Virus record (IMG/VR): IMGVR_UViG_3300048762_000129
Span: 1 to 32,833 of that record
DNA from: a virus
Lineage: Duplodnaviria; Caudoviricetes
Length of the DNA: 32,833 nt
Reading direction: 5' to 3' (one strand)
The notes beneath the pieces are model-generated. The model saw only the letters and a program-made list of their open reading frames with translations, did not search any database and was not told the origin of the DNA. Numbering within the stretch: the stretch's first letter is position 1; every line of letters begins with the position of its first letter. Position numbers and translations under genes: made by a program. Below, in pieces: positions 17,421 to 25,736 of this stretch.

Positions 17421-18307
17421 CAAAGCCTCAAATCCATCGCCGGGCCCAAGATCGCTTTCACGCAATCGCGCGCCTTGGCGTCAAAACTGGGCATCCGGTT
17501 CACGTACCAGGCGTTCACCAAGACCTTGATGGCAAGCTTCAGCAGTTCCCAATGCCCCGGCGTACCATTGGTGACCAGGAGCGCGGTCGCGGCCCCGCCG
17601 GTCAATGCTGGATCGCGCATCGACGCCGCGCCGGAATCGTCGACCGAGGCTATTACCGTGTTCAGGCACCCTCCAAGTACGCCAGCCCCTGGGATCGAGA
17701 TCGGCTGGCCCACGTTCGATTGAGTGAAGGAACCGCCCGTGAGGGCGTCGGCGCCGCTTGTTGTGGTCACTGCCATCGGCGTGGCGTAGCCGACCTTGTA
17801 GTTCACCTGCACGGCATTGACGACCACGCGAGCCACGGGCCACATTTGGCCGAACAGCGGCGTGAGGCGCGCCGGCTGTGATTGCAGATCCAAGACGAAG
17901 TTCCATTCTGCCGGGGCGTCTGGATGCCCGTTCGTCATGTCCGCAACGGCGCCGTTGGCATCCTGGTAAACGAATGCGACCAGGTTCTGCACGGGCGGAT
18001 ACGGAAGCAGGATTGCGTAACGAATGCCCACCAGCACGGCGTTCGATCCGGAGACGAAGGGAGACGACACCTTCTGGCCGGCCAGCTTCATGTCGATGTA
18101 ACCGGGGAAGAAATCCATCATCAGCGCCCAGGTCTGCTGAACGAAGCGGCGCTGTGTGAGTGTTTCGCACCACGCCCGCGCCGCTACTTCGAGCGTCGTC
18201 AGGACGTCGTCCTGGGTGGTATCGCCCTGGTCCATGCGGAGCATGTCTTTCAGCTCTTGCATCAAGACCGGTTCAACGAGTGGCGGGGCTGTGCAGATTA
18301 GGGCCAT
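17420..18307 (-). CDS. Head-tail connector (gp6-like) with internal insertions, 295 aa
   Basis: P..EPV...ELK..LR.D, AARAWCE..T.RRFVQQTW, LPYPPVQ, WP, NAVQVNYKVGY and LKLAIKVLVNAWYVNR. Confidence 0.85.
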   Translation of the reverse strand: MALICTAPPLVEPVLMQELKDMLRMDQGDTTQDDVLTTLEVAARAWCETLTQRRFVQQTWALMMDFFPGYIDMKLAGQKVSSPFVSGSNAVLVGIRYAILLPYPPVQNLVAFVYQDANGAVADMTNGHPDAPAEWNFVLDLQSQPARLTPLFGQMWPVARVVVNAVQVNYKVGYATPMAVTTTSGADALTGGSFTQSNVGQPISIPGAGVLGGCLNTVIASVDDSGAASMRDPALTGGAATALLVTNGTPGHWELLKLAIKVLVNAWYVNRMPSFDAKARDCVKAILGPAMDLRL

Positions 18308-18319
18308 TGGTTGTCTTTC

Positions 18320-18359
18320 AAAAAGGCGTGCGGCCCCTGGAGGATATTGGGCCGCACGC
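18320..18359 (-). terminator. Intrinsic terminator after the major capsid gene
   Basis: 11-bp stem GCGTGCGGCCC/GGGCCGCACGC (18326-18336 with 18349-18359) followed by CTTTTTG on the minus strand. Confidence 0.8.
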
Positions 18360-18385
18360 TGCAGATGGGAGAATCCGGTGTTCGC

Positions 18386-19723
18386 TTAGCTCGCGGCGTT
18401 GATGCCGACGGCTACCGGGTGCGTGCCGGCATCGATGAGTTGGGAATCGAACCGCTGGAAGGCGATGAAGCCGACCTGGAGGTAATCGGCGTAGCGCTCC
18501 ACCAGCCGCATGACCGTGGTTCCTCCGGCCACTTCACGCACCTTGAAGGTGCTCATATCGCCGAAGAGCACGGACTTGGCGCTGGCGGCCGGCGTCGCCA
18601 TGTCCTGGTTGATGACATAGGGGTGATCGAGGATGAGCGGCTTGGCCGCGATCAGATCCACCGCGGCGCCGTCGCGGAAGCTGGCCGAAAGCCCGGGCTG
18701 CCATAGCGGGCGGCCCACGCTATCCACGATCTTCTTGAGGGATTTCAGCACCAGATCGCTGAACATCCAGCGGGTGGCCGGGTTGAAGCGGTACGACGGA
18801 TTGACGGTGTGCTCCAGTTCCACCAGGTCCGCGTAGGCCGGGGCCGTGACGCCGGCGCCGCTATTGCTCGCGAACTGGTAGGTGCTGTTCGCTGCCACGG
18901 CCGCCGTAACGATGCCAGTCGGCTCGTTGGTTCCGGTGCCGAGGGTGCACTTCCAGTTGTAAAGACGGCCGAGACGGGTACCGAGCATCCGCGCGGTCAG
19001 CTCGTCCATGTCGAAGAAGGCGTCCTGGATCAGGGCGAGCGGGATCAGAATCAGGTCGCTCGATCCGATGTAGGCGTTGAACGTGACCGAGTTGAACGCG
19101 AAGTCCGTTTCGGTCACCTGCACATTCACGCCGATGATGCGCCCACGATTCGTCGTGTCGTTTACGGTCGGCCAGGGAAAGGGATTGCCGCTTTCCGTGG
19201 TGAACTTCCCTACCACGTCGTCGATGCCACCGAACCATTTCTTGGCCTCTTCGAGCATGTTGGAAAATCCGGTAGGGATCAGGTAGCCGCCGCCCGTGGT
19301 GGTGAGCGTCTGCTGAGCGCGAATCCTGGGATCGTTATCGATCCGCATGTGAATCCGCTCCTCGGAGTCGAGCGCCGCGATCCCGTTTCGCAGCCATTTC
19401 GAGAACGCCCGGTAAGCGGCGTCCTTCATGCGCTCGGCGCGGGCCTTGCCGGTGATCCGCATGGTGTCCTGGAGCTCTTCCACCTGGACTTCCGTGGGCT
19501 TTACGCCACCCGGCGCGGCGGCCAGCGCGTCCACAATGGCGGTCGCCTTTTCGGCGGCCTTGATGCTGTCTTCGAGGGCCGTGTATTCGGTTTCGAGCGC
19601 GTGAAACTTCTCACGCTCTTCGGAGGTCAGGCCCCGGTTGTTTTCGTTTTTCGCTTTGTCCACAATGGCCTGCAACTGGGCGGCCAGTGGCGCGAGCTTT
19701 TCCCGTAACGCTTTGGCGTACAT
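18386..19723 (-). CDS. HK97-fold major capsid protein with coiled-coil delta domain, 445 aa
   Basis: RBS AAGGAG precedes MYAKALREK. Contains GGYLIPTGF, GTGTNEPTGI, D..GRPLWQP, LFGD and VGFIAFQRFD. Confidence 0.95.
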   Translation of the reverse strand: MYAKALREKLAPLAAQLQAIVDKAKNENNRGLTSEEREKFHALETEYTALEDSIKAAEKATAIVDALAAAPGGVKPTEVQVEELQDTMRITGKARAERMKDAAYRAFSKWLRNGIAALDSEERIHMRIDNDPRIRAQQTLTTTGGGYLIPTGFSNMLEEAKKWFGGIDDVVGKFTTESGNPFPWPTVNDTTNRGRIIGVNVQVTETDFAFNSVTFNAYIGSSDLILIPLALIQDAFFDMDELTARMLGTRLGRLYNWKCTLGTGTNEPTGIVTAAVAANSTYQFASNSGAGVTAPAYADLVELEHTVNPSYRFNPATRWMFSDLVLKSLKKIVDSVGRPLWQPGLSASFRDGAAVDLIAAKPLILDHPYVINQDMATPAASAKSVLFGDMSTFKVREVAGGTTVMRLVERYADYLQVGFIAFQRFDSQLIDAGTHPVAVGINAAS

Positions 19724-19819
19724 GAGCTTCTCCTTGTGTTGTTCAGGTTGCGCGCCTGCGAGCGCCCTGGCGCCCACGCCTCGCTTGCCGATGGTTGTGG
19801 GATCGGCTTTTAACTCGAT

Positions 19820-20674
19820 TCAGCGGCCCAGCATCGATATGCGGGCCTCGTACAGACTCAGATCCGATGCCGCGCTGGCGCCTTCCTGCATTGGGCAGTC
19901 CTTGCAGTTCTTGTCGGCGCAGTCCGCGTCGGTGCAGGCGTCGCAGTTCGACGCCGCGCAATTCTCACACGAGCATTCGCACTCAGCCTTCGCCTGGAAT
20001 CGCGCGCGGAACCTCTGCGCCAGCGCCATCGCTTCCGGCTCCTCCGCCTGGCTGATCTCGGTGCAGAATCCGTCTCGCAAGCAATCCTGGGAGGACATCC
20101 ACGTTTCGGCATCCATGAGAGCCCGGATTTCCGCCGTCGTTTTTCCGGTGCGATCCACATACGCCTGGCCAATCGCCTCCGAAACCTTATCCAGCGTATC
20201 GGCCATCTTGCGCATGTCGCTGCCGTAGCCGCGGCAGTCGGACCAGGCATTGTGAATCATCATCATGGAGCTCGGCCCCATCGTGATCGTGTCTCCCGCC
20301 ATCGCCACGACAGAGGCAGAGGAGGCGGCAACTCCATCCACGAAGACGGCCACCGGCTTGCCCTGCGAACGCATCAGGGAATGAATTGCAATGCCTTCGA
20401 AGGCGTCACCGCCGGGCGAGTTGACGCGCAATGCAATCTTGGTGTAGCCGCCGGCCGAGTCCATCTGCTTCTTGATGGCGGTGGCGCTGATCAGCCCTTC
20501 GGTGGAGCAGCCCCAGGACTCCAGCATGCTGATGGTGGCCGCATCCACGATGTCTCCGTAGATCAGCATCTCGAGTGTGCCATCGGGAAGGATCGAGGCT
20601 TGAAAGCGCGGCCGCGCCGCGGACGCGGGCTTCGGTTGCTGCGGGGAACCGTGGACCCGAAGTTGTAAGGGCAT
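19820..20674 (-). CDS. ClpP-type prohead maturation protease with Cys-rich C-terminal tail, 284 aa
   Basis: RVNSPGGDAFEG, VDGVAASSAS (catalytic Ser), MMMIHNAW (His) and MDAETW. Start refined to ATG 20674. Confidence 0.93.
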   Translation of the reverse strand: MPLQLRVHGSPQQPKPASAARPRFQASILPDGTLEMLIYGDIVDAATISMLESWGCSTEGLISATAIKKQMDSAGGYTKIALRVNSPGGDAFEGIAIHSLMRSQGKPVAVFVDGVAASSASVVAMAGDTITMGPSSMMMIHNAWSDCRGYGSDMRKMADTLDKVSEAIGQAYVDRTGKTTAEIRALMDAETWMSSQDCLRDGFCTEISQAEEPEAMALAQRFRARFQAKAECECSCENCAASNCDACTDADCADKNCKDCPMQEGASAASDLSLYEARISMLGR

Positions 20675-20676
20675 TT

Positions 20677-21138
20677 TCAGAGTTTCTCCCCGATGTAGTC
20701 CGCCTCGCCCATACTGGCGATAAGCCGGAGTTGCTGTTCCAGCCACCCGACGTGTTTTTGATGCCACTTCAGGAGGTGCTCGAACAGGTTGCGCGTGGTG
20801 TCATCGAACGCCCTCATAGCAACCTGCACGGCCTGTTCGTACGGCTGCATGATAGCCATTTCGAGCGCCAACTCGGCCTGAAACAGAGCGGTGAGTCCCG
20901 CCGCCTGGACAACCGGAGCAACCGTATAATTCAGGTCGCCGCCGAGCAAGAGCAGCCGGTCCTGTGTCTTCTTTACCCAACAGTGGGCATCTCCGCCGAA
21001 TCCATGGAGCACCTTGGCTACTTTCTTGGCCCCCACAAACTTGACGTTTCGCCAGTCCGCGCGGTACTGCGTGTTCAGGTGCGTCTCCGCTGCCACGGCG
21101 GATTGTAGTGTCGCTAAAACTTCCGAATGTCCCGTCAT
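20677..21138 (-). CDS. Bacterioferritin-like protein with altered metal ligands, 153 aa
   Basis: Nearly ungapped by-eye alignment to E. coli Bfr: M.G, E18, Q24-Y25, G36, D50, R61-L-L-L-L-G-G, LALE, D..TR, H..WLE.QL.LI..MG...Y. ATGA-coupled to portal. Confidence 0.88.
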   Translation of the reverse strand: MTGHSEVLATLQSAVAAETHLNTQYRADWRNVKFVGAKKVAKVLHGFGGDAHCWVKKTQDRLLLLGGDLNYTVAPVVQAAGLTALFQAELALEMAIMQPYEQAVQVAMRAFDDTTRNLFEHLLKWHQKHVGWLEQQLRLIASMGEADYIGEKL

Positions 21139-22727
21139 GCGATCTCCCCGGCGAGTGCGCCGTAAACCTGTTCCGTGATTCGCGCCGCAATAGCCGCGGC
21201 GTCTTTCTTCTGCCAACCGGCGGCGGCGGAGGCGATTTCCGCAACCTGCGATTCGACGGCCTCCAGCTCCCGCCTCGATAGCTCGGCGTTTCCGAATCGC
21301 TGCGCAACGAGCGCTTGGGCCATCGACGCGACCGCCGGGTAAATCGCGCGCCGAGTGAATTCGGCCTCTCCACCACGGTTGATCGCACGCCCGACAGCAT
21401 CCCGGAACAGCCGGCGATAGGAGGCGATGATCTGATGGCCCCGTAACTCGGCGGCCGGGTTCCCCTCGTCGGAATTGGTGCCAGCGCCCCCGCCGGCCGC
21501 CGAGTTATCCTCTGCGCCGGGCAGTAGGGACGTGAGGGAAATGTATGCCCCTTGAACGATCCGAATGTGGCCGCCGCCGGCCTCGCCTATCGGATTCTGC
21601 CTGAGCGCCCGGAGCACATCGTCGGCATGATAGATGCCGCCGTTTCGAAGCGCCATCAACCCGGCCGTCTGCGACGCGAAGTCGCCCCGCGTCAGGTCCA
21701 TGAAGTTGTGCTCACAGATAAACGGGCCGCTGAGGAGCTTATAATTGATCTCCTGTTCCATGTTCACCGCCCGGGGCGAAAGACAGAAGCGGACGTAATC
21801 GAGCCCCTGGTGTTCGATGTTGTTGTTGGTCGCCCGCTGAAGATCCTGGAGAAGGTGCATGGGCACGCGGTAGAGGCAAGCTATTTCCTCTTTTTGAAAC
21901 TTCCGCGTGGCGATGAATTGGGCATCCTCGGGGGGTATGCTGATCTGCTCCCACTTCATGCCCTCCTCGAGAATGACGGGCCGGAGTGCTGTTTCCCCGG
22001 TGGCCCATTCGCGCAGGGACTTTTTGAGGTTCTCGTAAGCCTCCGGCTCCAACGTCTGCGGGTGGCTCAGTATTCCTGTGGCTCGGGCTCCATTTCCGAA
22101 GAACTGCGCTCCGAACTTTTCGGCGGCCATGCTCAGTCCGAAGGCGTTCTTGCATAGCTGGATTGGAGAAAGTCCCACGATGCCATCGAGGGATAGACCC
22201 ATGAAGTGCAGCATGTTCTCGGGGTCGATCCGCGCAACCTGGCCGGTGTCAGTCTGGGTGGTGGCATAAGCAAACTCCCCATTGATCTTCACCGCGGAGG
22301 TTCTGCCGGAATCGAGCGGTATGAGCGCGATCGCGCGCGCGGCCTTGTCACGCTTGATCCACGAATAGCCATTTCCGTAGGAGGAGACCGATGCGAGCAT
22401 GGCCGCGCGCCAGACCTGGCTCGACATATTCGGGTTCGGGCGATCATGTAGGAGCGGGTAACAGCGATGCGTCGTCGCCAGCCGCATGCTGTCATCGGGC
22501 ATCTGCTGGAAGATGTCCAGAGAGATGCGCGAAAGGTCTTCGCTGATAATCTTGATGCAGCCATATGCCGTGGTGAGCCGCAGCGCCTGCTTCTCGTTGA
22601 CCATCATGCCGGCGTCGGAACGGCCAATCCCGAGCGATTCAAACAGCGCGCTCATCGGGAGCAGCGGCTGCGCCGGATCTTCGAGCGAGAACGCCTTGAT
22701 GCCGAGGTTGTTACTCAGCCAACCCAT
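21135..22727 (-). CDS. HK97-family portal protein with C-terminal extension, 530 aa
   Basis: AL..TTAYGCIKIIS, LLHDRPNPNMS, GNGY, DGIVGLSPI, FFGNGA, ILEEGMKWEQISIPPEDAQF and NNIEHQ. Confidence 0.95.
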   Translation of the reverse strand: MGWLSNNLGIKAFSLEDPAQPLLPMSALFESLGIGRSDAGMMVNEKQALRLTTAYGCIKIISEDLSRISLDIFQQMPDDSMRLATTHRCYPLLHDRPNPNMSSQVWRAAMLASVSSYGNGYSWIKRDKAARAIALIPLDSGRTSAVKINGEFAYATTQTDTGQVARIDPENMLHFMGLSLDGIVGLSPIQLCKNAFGLSMAAEKFGAQFFGNGARATGILSHPQTLEPEAYENLKKSLREWATGETALRPVILEEGMKWEQISIPPEDAQFIATRKFQKEEIACLYRVPMHLLQDLQRATNNNIEHQGLDYVRFCLSPRAVNMEQEINYKLLSGPFICEHNFMDLTRGDFASQTAGLMALRNGGIYHADDVLRALRQNPIGEAGGGHIRIVQGAYISLTSLLPGAEDNSAAGGGAGTNSDEGNPAAELRGHQIIASYRRLFRDAVGRAINRGGEAEFTRRAIYPAVASMAQALVAQRFGNAELSRRELEAVESQVAEIASAAAGWQKKDAAAIAARITEQVYGALAGEIA

Positions 22728-22918
22728 TACTGTCTCCGATTCGCCGCCAACGCTTCACGCTTCGCTATGCGCTGGGAGCGCTCGATCAAGAGTGCGAACG
22801 AAAAGAACATCAGGCCGGCCAGAATCAGCGCCGCCGGCCAGTAGATCGCGGCCACGCCGGATTCGAACGTCAGGAAGCCGGCAAGAATCAGCACGTCCTG
22901 AAGGTCAAGTTTCTTCAT
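22727..22918 (-). CDS. Small two-TM membrane protein between terminase and portal, 63 aa
   Basis: Hydrophobic (GVAAIYWPAALILAG); overlaps both neighbours (ATGA, TAATG). Such genes are common at this position in HK97-like phages. Confidence 0.75.
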   Translation of the reverse strand: MKKLDLQDVLILAGFLTFESGVAAIYWPAALILAGLMFFSFALLIERSQRIAKREALAANRRQ

Positions 22919-24609
22919 AGAGTGAGTAACCCGCGGGTCGCATAAATCGAGTGCTTCTTGGGCGCCGCTGCCAGCGCCCGCGCCATGGCGGTCACGGTCG
23001 CGGAGATCCCGTCGATGCGTTTGGACGATTTGGATCGCTCTGGCTTGCTCGGCTGCACGTTATCCTTGTGATCGCCCTGGAGCCGCAGACACCGCGCGTT
23101 CCAGTTGAATACCGGGTTGTTGCCGTGCCGGATTCGCTGGTCGAGGTACAGCGCAAGCAGTTCCTTCGTGGGAGAACTCAGCATCTTGAAAGTCTGGGCG
23201 ATGTCCACCACCGTGATTCCCTCTTCCTTCTCCAACTTCTCGGCGGTATTCTTGAAATTCCACGGGTCAAAAGGCATCTCCCGAAGCTGAAACATTCCGT
23301 TAGCCCATTTGATTTTGTCCGTGATGGCAGCGAGCTTCACGGAGTTGCCGGGCGTGGACGTGATGAAACCGCGCCTAACCCACTCCGAGTACGGGACCTT
23401 GTCGCGCCGCTCCCGCTCGGCAACCTTCTCTTCGGGCATCCAGTAGTACAGCAGCACGGACCATTGCTCGCACGTTCCAGGCGGGAACAGTAGCGCCAGG
23501 GCGGTCAGATCGACAGTCCAGGACGCATCCACTCCGGCCCAGCATGGCTCGCCGACCAATTTCCAATCCCTGATGAGCAACTCGTCATCGTATGTGGGCC
23601 AGGTTCGAAGGTCTACGCCCCCACCGCACTGTTGCCATTTGACGATATCGATAACCGAATCCTCCTGCTGGCCCCAGTATCCGAGTTGGTAGCGCAGGTA
23701 GTCCGAACGGATGTGCGGATCGTTCTCCGCCTTGCGGCAGAGGTCCGCGAGGTCTTTGTCGCGGACGTACCCTCCGTTGTCCTCATGGCTCGGGTTCGCT
23801 GCAATGCGCGCTTCTTTCGACTTCCAGTAGTCCGGATCGGCTTCAATGCGTTTCGAATCGGCGGCCCAGATCCGCCCGTAGAAGCGGGGGTCCTGGAAGA
23901 CCTTCTCTTTGATCTGGATCGCGTATTCGTGTCGGCGGTAACAGAGCGGCGATTCATCAGGATCCCCGGCGCTGGTGATGTCGATGATGAGCGGGTTTTT
24001 CCGCTTCATGACCTTACGCTCCAGAACCTCGTTAAGTTCGAGCGCGCGAAACGTTCGCCAGCGGTGAAGCTCATCCCGGACTACGAACGAAGGTGCCAGC
24101 CCGTCATGCGCGAAACCATCGGCAGAGATCGCCTTGTAGAAGCTCGTCGGATCGTCGCGCCGCACGATGGTCTTGGTTGATGGCGTGACCAGCATCCTGG
24201 ATGACAGCCGCGGGTTGGCGCCGATCATCTGCGCCGCGGCGCGGAAAACAATCGAGGCTTGCTCTTTGGTGGTGGCCGCCGAGTAGACCTCCGTCCCGGT
24301 TCCTTGTGCCGTCCCCAGCAGGGCCACCACGAAGCCGGCGCAGATCGTCGTTTTCGAGCTTCCGTTTGGCATCTCTAAATACACGTCCCGGTAGACTCGG
24401 GTGCCGTCATCGTCCAGCGTCCCGAAAATGTCCCGTATGACTCCGCGCACCCACGGCATGAGCACGAACGGCTGGCCGGCGTAATCGCCCGTGAGCGTGA
24501 GCTCGCGCTCGAAGAACCGGGTGATCTTGCATGCCGCGCAGCGCAGGCGCCCATCGCTCAGAAGTTCGGCCCATTCCGTAGGCTCGTCGCAGAAGGAACA
24601 AAATCGCAT
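22915..24609 (-). CDS. terL: Terminase large subunit, 564 aa
   Basis: GQPFVLMPW, EVYSAA..KEQA.IVF, DELH, ITSAG, ANPS, GVDAS..DLTA, FDPWN, HGNNPVFNW and KRIDG. Confidence 0.95.
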   Translation of the reverse strand: MRFCSFCDEPTEWAELLSDGRLRCAACKITRFFERELTLTGDYAGQPFVLMPWVRGVIRDIFGTLDDDGTRVYRDVYLEMPNGSSKTTICAGFVVALLGTAQGTGTEVYSAATTKEQASIVFRAAAQMIGANPRLSSRMLVTPSTKTIVRRDDPTSFYKAISADGFAHDGLAPSFVVRDELHRWRTFRALELNEVLERKVMKRKNPLIIDITSAGDPDESPLCYRRHEYAIQIKEKVFQDPRFYGRIWAADSKRIEADPDYWKSKEARIAANPSHEDNGGYVRDKDLADLCRKAENDPHIRSDYLRYQLGYWGQQEDSVIDIVKWQQCGGGVDLRTWPTYDDELLIRDWKLVGEPCWAGVDASWTVDLTALALLFPPGTCEQWSVLLYYWMPEEKVAERERRDKVPYSEWVRRGFITSTPGNSVKLAAITDKIKWANGMFQLREMPFDPWNFKNTAEKLEKEEGITVVDIAQTFKMLSSPTKELLALYLDQRIRHGNNPVFNWNARCLRLQGDHKDNVQPSKPERSKSSKRIDGISATVTAMARALAAAPKKHSIYATRGLLTL

Positions 24610-24617
24610 TCATCTTT

Positions 24618-24800
24618 CTATGGCAGTTTCGGTGGTGGCGGAGGCTCTGGTAATCGTCGGAGCGGTGGCCATCCCGCTTTTGGGTTAGCTCGGTAGGCCG
24701 CCAGATTACGCAGTCTTAGCTGCTCCTCCCGGTATGGAACCACGGCAAAAACCCAGGTGATCAGCAATCCAGCGAAGAGGAGAACAAGAAGTTCCGTCAT
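24618..24800 (-). CDS. Small single-TM, Pro-rich hypothetical protein, 60 aa
   Basis: Fills the terS-terL gap. N-terminal hydrophobic helix and PEPPPPPKLP tail. Confidence 0.55.
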   Translation of the reverse strand: MTELLVLLFAGLLITWVFAVVPYREEQLRLRNLAAYRANPKAGWPPLRRLPEPPPPPKLP

Positions 24801-24803
24801 ACT

Positions 24804-25361
24804 TTAAACCTTCAGCAGTTGCGGCCCACGGGCAAACGTCGCCACTTCCTCGGGGTCAGGGTGTAGCTCGCGCTGCGCTCCGCTGATATGGATACTGCTG
24901 CGCGCCGAAGCGGACAGGCCAAGTTCACGCCGGAGAACGTTTTCCCGGTGACGCAGGGTGTTCAGCATCCGGCCCGATTTTGTCATTTGGGCTTGGGAGG
25001 CAGCGGCGGCGATCTCCGCCTTAGTGACTTTAACGCCTTGTTCTTTGGTCTGCTCCTGGGTCGCCCTGACCGCCCTCCGTTGAGCATCCCGCATCGCCCG
25101 CTGTAAGGTATCCTTGTCCGCCCGTACCTCACAGTAATCGGCCAGCACTGCCCCATCCGCGATGGTGAGCAGGCCGGGGACCTGTAGCATGATCGCCACG
25201 GTGATGCCCCAGATCCTGCGCGCACCCCTGCTCAATCCCCGCGGCATGTCCGGTTCACCCTCCGCAAACTGCGGCTCGTGGTCATTCACCGCGCGCTTGC
25301 CCGGAAATCCCTGCGCCGCCTCTAACGCGGTTGGCTTTTTGGCTGGTCCACGAAGCCCCAT
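24804..25361 (-). CDS. terS: Terminase small subunit (P27-like), 185 aa
   Basis: MGLRGPAKKPTAL...GFPGKR, A.RIW, D..VLADYC and ELGLSASARS. Confidence 0.9.
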   Translation of the reverse strand: MGLRGPAKKPTALEAAQGFPGKRAVNDHEPQFAEGEPDMPRGLSRGARRIWGITVAIMLQVPGLLTIADGAVLADYCEVRADKDTLQRAMRDAQRRAVRATQEQTKEQGVKVTKAEIAAAASQAQMTKSGRMLNTLRHRENVLRRELGLSASARSSIHISGAQRELHPDPEEVATFARGPQLLKV

Positions 25362-25374
25362 TGTTTTCAACTAT

Positions 25375-25462
25375 TTTGTAACTTGCGGAAATTCGCGTGA
25401 TGCTGCGCGACGGTCACCGTAAGGCCTTGACCCCAGAGAATTTAACCACCCTCCCCCTTGGA
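25375..25462 (-). other. Candidate cos/packaging-initiation region
   Basis: Non-coding stretch between the HNH-adjacent ORF and terS. It has a G-run (AGGGGGAGGG), then AAATTCTCT, short palindromes (ACGGT-C-ACCGT 25410-25420, AAGGCCTT 25421-25428) and GACCG...CGCG, a layout typical of HNH-terS cos phages. Confidence 0.55.
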
Positions 25463-25470
25463 GGACCCAA

Positions 25471-25734
25471 TCACCACTGCCTCATCCCATCCCAGAGCGG
25501 GTGCGCCGGCCGCCATGGAACAGGCGGCTGCAAGGCGACGATCAAGCGGCCCTGGCTGGAGTCGCCGCTATCTTCTTGGCTGCCTCGATGCACTTCGGAC
25601 AGAGGGCCACTGAGCGCCCCCACAGCTTCACTACCCGCACTCGCTGGTTCCTGGCTGGGCAAATCTCGCACCGAACTTTCATGGCCGACCGCCTCTTCTT
25701 TCGCCGCCTCCGTTGCTTTGGCCTTACGCCGCAT
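25471..25734 (-). CDS. Hypothetical protein (MRRKAKATEAAKEE...), ~87 aa
   Basis: ATG 2 nt after the HNH stop; low-complexity; no recognisable motif. Confidence 0.45.
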   Translation of the reverse strand: MRRKAKATEAAKEEAVGHESSVRDLPSQEPASAGSEAVGALSGPLSEVHRGSQEDSGDSSQGRLIVALQPPVPWRPAHPLWDGMRQW

Positions 25735-25736
25735 CG

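Noticed and set aside
18386-21138. Encapsulin operon (ferritin cargo plus HK97 shell)
   Set aside because: The shell gene has a delta domain and sits with terminase, portal, protease and tail genes, so it is a true phage head. Only the analogy is kept.
1210-25361. Gene transfer agent
   Set aside because: The packaging HNH, cos-like region, 988-aa tape measure and linked accessory genes indicate a genuine phage or prophage.
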